Source of the DNA: a virus
Taxonomy: Duplodnaviria; Caudoviricetes
Length of the DNA stretch: 45,031 bases
Virus record (IMG/VR): IMGVR_UViG_3300033412_000029
Span: 1-45,031 of that record
Reading direction: 5' to 3' (one strand)
In this document: piece after piece, positions 38,758 to 45,031 of the stretch
How positions within the stretch are numbered: position 1 is the first letter of the stretch
Layout: each line of letters starts with the position of its first letter
The notes under the pieces: model-generated
Seen by the model: the letters and a program-made list of their open reading frames with translations, nothing else
What the model was told of the DNA's origin: nothing
Database searches by the model: none
Position numbers and translations under genes: made by a program

Positions 38758-38840
38758 AAGGCCCCTGAGGGTGGCTCCCACGTTGCCCACAGAAAAACTT
38801 TTGGGCAGTGGGTGAGGTTGCCAATGGCCGCCTTGAGGGA

Positions 38841-38847
38841 ATACTTA
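38841..38847 (+). promoter_or_regulatory. ATACTTA element, putative late promoter
   Basis: After the capsid terminator, upstream of ATG 38866. Confidence 0.55.
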
Positions 38848-38865
38848 GAAGGAGAGGTCACCGTC

Positions 38866-39252
38866 ATGCGCATCCGTGTGGGAGAGCTGAAGAAGCTGAT
38901 TCGAGAGGCTCTCGATGATGAGATGAACACGCTTGAGGTGGGAGACGTCGTCGACGTGGACCTCGATGAGATCGGAACGCTGAGCGTGCGGGTCATCGAA
39001 TTGGTCGACAACGTCAATGACGCGGCGGGCGAACCGGACCCGCGGGCACCCGGCAAGTTCACGGGCCCAGGCTTCGTCGGTGAGATCGAGGCAGGTCAAG
39101 GTGAGTCTGGGACGATGGTCTTCAGCCTCAACGATGTCGTTCCAGGTAGCAAGGCCAAGGGCTACTTTCCGAAGTTGGGCGATGAGTTCGATGAGGATGA
39201 GTGGGGTCGACCTGTCAGCAATCCGTACCGGAAGATGGCCTCGCGCGTCTGA
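38866..39252 (+). CDS. Hypothetical protein; putative internal head protein
   Basis: ATG 38866 after GGAGAGG; leader MRIRVGELKKLIREAL. Confidence 0.6.
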   Translation: MRIRVGELKKLIREALDDEMNTLEVGDVVDVDLDEIGTLSVRVIELVDNVNDAAGEPDPRAPGKFTGPGFVGEIEAGQGESGTMVFSLNDVVPGSKAKGYFPKLGDEFDEDEWGRPVSNPYRKMASRV

Positions 39253-39261
39253 TCTGCGCAG

Positions 39262-39304
39262 TTGAACACCACGCTTGTACACGTTACCGTGTCGCGTGTA
39301 CAGT
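39262..39304 (+). promoter_or_regulatory. Candidate sigma70-type promoter(s)
   Basis: TTGAAC-17-TACCGT (39262-39290) and overlapping TTGTAC-18-TACAGT (39275-39304) upstream of 39345. Confidence 0.4.
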
Positions 39305-39344
39305 CTCCAAGTACGGCACAGAACAGCCGAAACTTGGAGACAAC

Positions 39345-39617
39345 ATGAACTACTTCGACTACCCGGCCACGAACAAGAACGCGCGGATCAACTCCCGCAT
39401 CGACCGCACCGGCAAGCTCCGGACGGAGACCCAGCGTCGCGACGAGGGCACTGTCCTCATGGCGATCAGCACCGATGAGCGCAACGACAGCACCAACCTC
39501 TTCATCGACTTCCCCGGCTTCGAGGGCAACGTGCGCCTCGACGGTCGCGAAGCGAGGACGTTGTACCGGTTGCTGCGCAAGCACTACGGTGCAGCGCGGA
39601 AGTCGCGTACTACCTGA
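39345..39617 (+). CDS. Hypothetical protein
   Basis: ATG 39345 after GGAG; 90 aa with strong codon bias. Confidence 0.65.
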   Translation: MNYFDYPATNKNARINSRIDRTGKLRTETQRRDEGTVLMAISTDERNDSTNLFIDFPGFEGNVRLDGREARTLYRLLRKHYGAARKSRTT

Positions 39618-39645
39618 GCATCCACTCACATGAGTGAGTACGATC

Positions 39646-39685
39646 GGGGTCGGACTCCCATGGGGCTCCGGCCCCTTCTACTTTT
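39646..39685 (+). terminator. Probable intrinsic terminator
   Basis: GGGGTCGGA...TCCGGCCCC stem followed by TTCTACTTTT. Confidence 0.55.
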
Positions 39686-39699
39686 CACAGGTGAAACAC

Positions 39700-40341
39700 A
39701 TGAAGCTTGACAAGCGCCAGACGCTCGACCTCATCAAGGTCCTCACTCACTACGAAATCCTCACGGCTCATCACGACGACTACTCGACCCCCAAGGTCGT
39801 AGAAGACGTGACGAACCTCCGCGAACAGCTCGAGGATTCGTTGGTCGACGAGGAAGCGGCCGACGATGACTACGAGACGGTTGATGAAGCAGACATCGAA
39901 GACGTGGAGGATGAAGATGAGGAAGATGAGGACGACCTCGGAGAAGAGGAAGAGGATTCAGACGAAGAAGACGAAGAGGACGATGAGAGCGAGGATGACG
40001 GCGAAGAAGATGAGGATTCTGAGGATGACGAAGAGTCAGAAGATCCAGAAGTCGACGACACCGTCAGCGCTGACGACCTCCACGACCTCACCGCCGTCCG
40101 AGTGACGGACGAAGACGACAAGGACCTGACCATCGAGTTCGAGTCACGTGCTGACGGCGAGGCTGACCTCATCGAGCAGAACGGCGATGCACACGAGCGA
40201 GTGAGGTTCGTCAAGCGTTTTGCCAAGGAGCTCCACGTCGGTCACGGGGACGACCTCGAGTGGAAGGTGTACACCGTCAAGAAGTTCCCGAAGGGCTGGG
40301 CCCAGGTACTGCCAGTGGGCGAGCTGTGTGAAGTCGTATGA
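39700..40341 (+). CDS. Hypothetical protein with a long poly-Asp/Glu tract
   Basis: ATG 39700 after AGGTG; central ~70-aa D/E tract. Confidence 0.65.
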   Translation: MKLDKRQTLDLIKVLTHYEILTAHHDDYSTPKVVEDVTNLREQLEDSLVDEEAADDDYETVDEADIEDVEDEDEEDEDDLGEEEEDSDEEDEEDDESEDDGEEDEDSEDDEESEDPEVDDTVSADDLHDLTAVRVTDEDDKDLTIEFESRADGEADLIEQNGDAHERVRFVKRFAKELHVGHGDDLEWKVYTVKKFPKGWAQVLPVGELCEVV

Positions 40342-40727
40342 AGCTCAACATCAACGCAAAGGAACTCCTGGCGCTCTACAACGTCTTGTACCAGCGCTTT
40401 GAGGGAGGCGACGACCGCAAGGAGGACGGCGACGACGTCCAACTCCGGCAGGTCTACAATCGCATCAAAGCCTGTGTCCTGGCCGCCTTGACCAACAAGG
40501 CGCAGGACCCGCTGGATGCCTTCTTCCAGCATGAACAGGCCAAGATCGACCAGCTGGCTGAGAAGAACGAATCGCTGAAGGCGGCGGTCCGTGATCCCAA
40601 CACCTTCATTCCGAAGCCTGACATCCTGTCGGCCGACGACGATGAGGAACCGCTGCGCGAGTATCCACGCAAGCAACCGCCTCCGCCCAACATGCCAAAG
40701 CCCGGCAAGCATCGCGGACGAAGGTAA
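40338..40727 (+). CDS. Hypothetical protein
   Basis: 129 aa with ATGA overlap; Pro/basic C-terminus. Confidence 0.6.
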   Translation: MKLNINAKELLALYNVLYQRFEGGDDRKEDGDDVQLRQVYNRIKACVLAALTNKAQDPLDAFFQHEQAKIDQLAEKNESLKAAVRDPNTFIPKPDILSADDDEEPLREYPRKQPPPPNMPKPGKHRGRR

Positions 40728-40802
40728 GTGTGTACTTCCACCTTCGGGTGGGGTACTTACACTCTGGCTCTTTGACATCCTAGCGATACCCAAGACCAAC
40801 TT

Positions 40803-41175
<373 letters not shown>

Positions 41176-41271
41176 ACGCACGCACCGCGTGCACATCAGT
41201 TGAGTTCGGTTTTGAAAGAGTACAGAAATAGCAACGGCAAACGTTGCAAAGGTAATGGTCTTGGAGCTAGG

Positions 41272-41457
41272 GTGATCGATGACATCAAGGGGACGATGCT
41301 AGCAATGGCGTTCGTCAAGGTGAGGTCAGCAGGTTACCGTCTCCGCGTAGCGAAGATGGATGGAATCTCAGCGGCAGAGCCCACCGAGAAAAAGGACGAT
41401 CTCCGCATCAATGTCAACGTCATCAACGGCCTTGTCAAGGCTGCTTGGATCGGATGA
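41272..41457 (+). CDS. Small protein, potato-inhibitor-I/I78-like fold candidate
   Basis: GTG 41272 after GGAG; AGYRLRVAKMDG...RINVNVINGLVKAAWIG; paralogous to 41746..41982. Confidence 0.45.
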   Translation: MIDDIKGTMLAMAFVKVRSAGYRLRVAKMDGISAAEPTEKKDDLRINVNVINGLVKAAWIG

Positions 41458-41729
41458 AGTCCGTCGGAACCAATGGCGTGGGTGAACCGCGCTACAATGT
41501 CGACGAAGTGCCGCCTGGCTGCATCGCTCGGTTTGGCATCGACGATGACTCAGTAGTGCTGGTGCTGGCAAGCTTTCCAGACACCTACTACGACGGCAAC
41601 GGCAAGCGACCGTGTCACGTGCACGTCTACCTCAACATGGAGACAGGCGAAGTGATGCGACAGAGCTACGGCGGTTACGTCAATGTTCCCGGCAAGAAGG
41701 AGACGTTGACCGTGCTTCTGGCGCCGTAG
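41454..41729 (+). CDS. Hypothetical protein
   Basis: ~91 aa with ATGA overlap with the preceding ORF. Confidence 0.5.
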   Translation: MKSVGTNGVGEPRYNVDEVPPGCIARFGIDDDSVVLVLASFPDTYYDGNGKRPCHVHVYLNMETGEVMRQSYGGYVNVPGKKETLTVLLAP

Positions 41730-41730
41730 T

Positions 41731-41737
41731 ATACTTA
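41731..41737 (+). promoter_or_regulatory. ATACTTA element, putative late promoter
   Basis: Lies in a 16-nt intergenic gap before ATG 41746. Confidence 0.5.
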
Positions 41738-41745
41738 GAGTCATC

Positions 41746-41982
41746 ATGTGGGGCATGTACGGTGCCATTCTGGCCCAACGGCGTGCGAAAGCCAAGGAAC
41801 TCGTCAAGTCCCTGCCTGGGATGAAACTCGACGAGGCGTTGAAGCAGATCAAGGACGCTGGGCTCAAGGTTCAGTTGCTGTCGGTCGACGGCACCGTCCT
41901 CGACACTGACAAGGAATTCGTCACTGATCGCCTGGGCCTCGTCGTCGCCAACGGCGTAATCACCGGTGCCCAGATTGGATAG
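41746..41982 (+). CDS. Small protein, potato-inhibitor-I/I78-like fold candidate
   Basis: LPGMKLDEALKQIKDAGLKVQLLSVDG...DRLGLVVANGVITGAQIG. Confidence 0.5.
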   Translation: MWGMYGAILAQRRAKAKELVKSLPGMKLDEALKQIKDAGLKVQLLSVDGTVLDTDKEFVTDRLGLVVANGVITGAQIG

Positions 41983-41991
41983 GATGAACTC

Positions 41992-42171
41992 ATGTCAGCT
42001 TCAACTGAAAAGCTTCTCGAACAGATTCACAACACCCGCGCTGCCATCGCCACTCGCAAGGCCAGCGGACAAGATGCCTCCGACCTGGAGACCTACCTCG
42101 GCGAGCTCAACCAGCGCCTCGAGACGGCCAACCAGGCGTTGAACGAAGGCAAGCAGGTCCTGAAAGGCTGA
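41992..42171 (+). CDS. Small coiled-coil protein (59 aa; not in ORF track)
   Basis: Translated by hand as MSASTEKLLEQIHNTRAAIATRKASGQDASDLETYLGELNQRLETANQALNEGKQVLKG; AGGA upstream. Confidence 0.6.
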   Translation: MSASTEKLLEQIHNTRAAIATRKASGQDASDLETYLGELNQRLETANQALNEGKQVLKG

Positions 42172-42176
42172 TCAAC

Positions 42177-42350
42177 ATGACGATGCGCTTGATCATCAAA
42201 AACGACGACCAGGTTCGCACTGCGCGAGTCAGCGTCATCGGGTCGACCTCTCCGGCGACTGACATCAAACCCGGCGAAACGCAGGACTTCTACCTCTACA
42301 AGGGCCACGAGCTCAAGGTCGAAGAGTTGCAAGACGAGGAGCCAAAGTGA
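42177..42350 (+). CDS. Small protein (57 aa; not in ORF track)
   Basis: Translated by hand as MTMRLIIKNDDQVRTARVSVIG...HELKVEELQDEEPK; GTGA overlap with the next gene. Confidence 0.55.
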   Translation: MTMRLIIKNDDQVRTARVSVIGSTSPATDIKPGETQDFYLYKGHELKVEELQDEEPK

Positions 42351-42574
42351 CTGAACCGCAGAAGGTCGATCTCTACCAACCCATCGCCGCATCACGCGTC
42401 GGTCCCCCGCCGCTCGCGCTCCGCGTCGCTGTCACCCCCAACGTCGATTCATTCGTCGGCGGAGTGCCACAGTCAACGCAGCGAGTCGAAACGTACGTCC
42501 TCCTGTCGGCGCTGCCGCAGGAGCTCCAGGAACGTGTCAAGCTGGCAGTGCAAGCGCTGTTGGCAGGAAGGTGA
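42347..42574 (+). CDS. Hypothetical protein
   Basis: 75 aa with GAGGAG RBS. Confidence 0.55.
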   Translation: MTEPQKVDLYQPIAASRVGPPPLALRVAVTPNVDSFVGGVPQSTQRVETYVLLSALPQELQERVKLAVQALLAGR

Positions 42575-42578
42575 GATC

Positions 42579-42800
42579 ATGAAGAGCGGCAACATCCACT
42601 TGAAGAGCGAACCCAACGGTGCCATCAGCATCGAGTCTGACGGCGCACTGATCACTATCGACGCCAACGGTGATATTCACGTGTCAGCTGAAGGCCCGAT
42701 CCAGTTGACGGGCGCCTGTCTGGCGAAACTCGATCAGGCAAATGTGAACGCGGCCCAGATCAATGAAGCCCTGGGCCGGCGCATTGCGAAGCGACGCTGA
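42579..42800 (+). CDS. Small protein with spike-like beta-strand repeats
   Basis: ATG 42579 after GGAAGGTG; GAISIESDGALITIDANGDIHVSAEGPIQLTG. Confidence 0.5.
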   Translation: MKSGNIHLKSEPNGAISIESDGALITIDANGDIHVSAEGPIQLTGACLAKLDQANVNAAQINEALGRRIAKRR

Positions 42801-43133
42801 TTAACCGAAGAGGGGTTTGAACTTCGGGGTGCGTACGGCGAGACTGATGCCTTCGCGCGAAGTGAAGAACCACGACTGAACGCCATCGGGGCCTTCACAC
42901 CGACCGGTCATCACCATGAGGATGGTGCGTCCGGTCTTGGGCGAGTGAAGCTTGAAACCGATGTCATCGGAATCATTCCACATCCGACGGGCGTAGTGGG
43001 TGAAGTCACCACCGAGGTCCGCCTCAGTGATGTGACCACAGAGCTTCCAACGCTTGTCCCAGGTCACCTTGGCAGCGTTGAAGGTGGGAAGGTCGAAGTC
43101 AGCGTAGTTTCTGTTCTGCGTTGCATTCATCAT
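42801..43133 (-). CDS. Hypothetical protein (the only credible minus-strand gene)
   Basis: Fills a gap with no convincing + strand ORF; AAGGA upstream of MMNATQ; its stop abuts the stop of the convergent gene. Confidence 0.6.
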   Translation of the reverse strand: MMNATQNRNYADFDLPTFNAAKVTWDKRWKLCGHITEADLGGDFTHYARRMWNDSDDIGFKLHSPKTGRTILMVMTGRCEGPDGVQSWFFTSREGISLAVRTPKFKPLFG

Positions 43134-43232
43134 GATCCTTTCTACCATGGATCACGTGCGATTGACATACTGAAAGCTCATTTCAAATGCGCGTGAAGTG
43201 TCCAAACGTGTCACGCGCAGTACAGTACCGAG

Positions 43233-43832
43233 ATGGCGTACCACGGCTACATCCCCATGCTGAAGCAGCACCTGTCCAAGATTCCGCACCCTCCTGCCAT
43301 CTTGGAGGTCGGTGTTGACCGCGGTGTAACGTTCCTCACACTCACCGCCTTCTTGGCTCGAGTCCGTCCAGAGTTCACCATCATGGGCGTCGACATCATG
43401 GTCCAGGAGCAGGTGAAGCTGATGCTGGCGAACCTCGACCTGCAGCCCAAGCAACAGGCATTCCTGTTGGAAGAGAACAGCTTGACGCTGCTGCCCAAGA
43501 TCGTGGCACAGGGCTTCAAGTTCGACGTTCTGTTGATTGACGGCGACCACAACTATCACACCGTCGCCCAGGAGCTCCTACAGTTGGAGGCCTTGTGTCA
43601 CCCCCACAGCATCGTCATCATCGATGACTACGAGGGACGGTGGTCAGACAAGGACCTGTGGTACGCGGAACGTCCCGGCTACGAGGACAACAAGGTGGCG
43701 ACGGCTAAGGTGGACACCGAAAAGCACGGCGTCAAGGCCGCGGTCGATGAGTTCTTGGCCGCCAACCCGCAGTGGAAGTCAGCCCGTCCGTTGAACGGTG
43801 AGCCCATCGTTTTGGCGAGAGAGCCTATTTAG
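43233..43832 (+). CDS. Class I SAM-dependent methyltransferase (Methyltransf_24-like)
   Basis: ILEVGVDRGVT, GVD, FDVLLIDGDHNY, IVIIDDY and GVKAAVDEF motifs. Confidence 0.8.
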   Translation: MAYHGYIPMLKQHLSKIPHPPAILEVGVDRGVTFLTLTAFLARVRPEFTIMGVDIMVQEQVKLMLANLDLQPKQQAFLLEENSLTLLPKIVAQGFKFDVLLIDGDHNYHTVAQELLQLEALCHPHSIVIIDDYEGRWSDKDLWYAERPGYEDNKVATAKVDTEKHGVKAAVDEFLAANPQWKSARPLNGEPIVLAREPI

Positions 43833-43849
43833 GTCACTGGAGAATCGTC

Positions 43850-44236
43850 GTGGCCTACTCGGACAAGGTGCTCGACCACACTGAGAATCCTCGGAATGTG
43901 GGAACGCTTGACAAGGACGACCCATCGGTGGGTACTGGCCTCGTCGGAGCACCGGCGTGTGGTGATGTGATGCGACTGCAGATCAAGGTCAACGAGGCGG
44001 GCCTCATCGAGGACGCCAAGTTCAAGACCTTCGGTTGCGGTTCCGCCATTGCCGCCAGCTCGCTGGCGACCGAATGGATCAAGGGCAAGACCTTGGACGA
44101 GGCCGAAGCGATCAAGAACAGCGAGATTGTTGAAGAGCTCAACCTTCCGCCTGTCAAGATTCACTGCTCGGTCCTCGCCGAGGACGCCATCAAGAGCGCC
44201 ATCGCCGACTTCAGAAGGAAGCAGCAAAGACAATGA
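43850..44236 (+). CDS. iscU: Fe-S cluster assembly scaffold IscU
   Basis: YSDKVLDH..NPRNVG, GAPACGDVM, FKTFGCGSAIA and LPPVKIHCSVLAEDAIK, including the HscA-binding LPPVK motif. Confidence 0.97.
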   Translation: MAYSDKVLDHTENPRNVGTLDKDDPSVGTGLVGAPACGDVMRLQIKVNEAGLIEDAKFKTFGCGSAIAASSLATEWIKGKTLDEAEAIKNSEIVEELNLPPVKIHCSVLAEDAIKSAIADFRRKQQRQ

Positions 44237-44673
44237 ATGCAGATGACAACAAGCCGCAGTGGCAAGAAGTGCTCGAAGCTCGCAACAACAAACCCACGCC
44301 GCCTGACCCCTACAGCATGGCCGTCAAGGGCGACAAGCCTCTCGTGGAAGTGGTGCCCGGCATCATGGTGTCCGAACACCTGATCCAAGCCGCTGTCGAT
44401 GCGACCAGCACGCCGGGAGCCGTCGAAGACGTTGAGCGCCGGGAGGCCGTCAAGGAGCGAGAGCTCGATGAGATCCGGGAAGACATCAGCGCCTCTCGGC
44501 AGGTCCTCCAGGCGATGGCCGAGCGCATGCGCAACCCGCCTGACCTCGCGGAGAAGTACGTCAGCTTCGATGCCATGCCGGCGCCACTGCAACGGGTCGT
44601 CAAGGCGTACATCGATGCAGACGCAGCGAACAAGGAACTCGACTCCGCGATCGCCGCGCTGAAGAGCGGATGA
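44233..44673 (+). CDS. Hypothetical helical protein
   Basis: 146 aa with ATGA overlaps on both sides. Confidence 0.55.
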   Translation: MNADDNKPQWQEVLEARNNKPTPPDPYSMAVKGDKPLVEVVPGIMVSEHLIQAAVDATSTPGAVEDVERREAVKERELDEIREDISASRQVLQAMAERMRNPPDLAEKYVSFDAMPAPLQRVVKAYIDADAANKELDSAIAALKSG

Positions 44674-44930
44674 TCTACGTCTGTGACGACGCTCGGCACC
44701 TGGTGTGCCTGCCGTACAGCATTGAGAACCTGCACCGCATGGCTCAGGAACTGGGCATCAAGCGGTGTTGGTTCCATTCATCGTCTGCGTACCCACACTA
44801 CGACATCCCAAAGCGGAGGATCGACGAGGTGACGTCCAAGTGCAGGGTGGTGTCGTCTCGCACCATCCTCGCCATCGTCAAGGGTACTTACAGGGATGAG
44901 GACACTGTACAAAGGACTGACGGGGGATGA
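44670..44930 (+). CDS. DUF4031-like protein
   Basis: HL...ENLHRMAQELGIKRCWFH...HYD pattern. Confidence 0.6.
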   Translation: MIYVCDDARHLVCLPYSIENLHRMAQELGIKRCWFHSSSAYPHYDIPKRRIDEVTSKCRVVSSRTILAIVKGTYRDEDTVQRTDGG

Positions 44931-45031
44931 CGTCAAGGCGTGGGAACACTTCCTCGTAGGCATCAATCCGAGCAGTCAGATCATCGTCGACGGCGTTTTC
45001 GACGATGCAACCAAGGCTGAGACCGAGGCAC
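44896..45031 (+). CDS. Peptidoglycan-binding-domain protein (possible endolysin), 3'-truncated; not in ORF track
   Basis: MRTLYKGLTGDDVKAWEHFL...VDGVFDDATKAET matches PG_binding_1 (L-x-x-G-x-x-G-x-D-V...DG-x-F-x-x-x-T). Confidence 0.7.
   Translation, partial: MRTLYKGLTGDDVKAWEHFLVGINPSSQIIVDGVFDDATKAETEA

Noticed and set aside
37140-39062. 640-aa minus-strand ORF antisense to the major capsid gene
   Set aside because: Shadow ORF expected from strong GC3 codon bias; it has no recognisable motifs and overlaps a clear gp23 gene.
41205-41245. GTTTTGAAAGAGTACAGAAATAGCAAC, superficially like a Cas9 repeat/tracrRNA scaffold
   Set aside because: Single short occurrence with no repeat-spacer array or cas gene seen; probably chance in an AT-rich gap.

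Overview
A ~45 kb, GC-rich segment of a large (probably jumbo) tailed phage genome with a T4-like head module. Nearly all genes are on the + strand. Order: (1) 1-17.8 kb, large putative virion/baseplate genes, several His-rich, interrupted by an orphan HicB-like gene. (2) 17.8-26.6 kb, gp4/TnsA-like nuclease, kinase-like protein, RuvC-like resolvase, primase, an Mre11/SbcD nuclease split across two ORFs with its C-terminal part fused to Rad50/SbcC, and a PTH2-like peptidyl-tRNA hydrolase. (3) 26.6-38.7 kb, large terminase, portal, prohead protease, peptide deformylase, scaffold and major capsid protein. (4) 38.8-45 kb, accessory region with a complete tmRNA (tag ANDNGIAPLALAA), two protease-inhibitor-like paralogs, a methyltransferase, IscU, a DUF4031-like protein and a truncated peptidoglycan-binding protein. 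The most notable patterns are a recurrent AT-rich ATACTTA-like element (putative late promoter) and a shared N-terminal helical leader on unrelated proteins (putative capsid-targeting signal). Also notable are the split Mre11, a ribosome-rescue gene set (tmRNA, PTH2, PDF) and an A_AAA_AAG slippery site. All family calls come from motif recognition by eye; no database searches were run.
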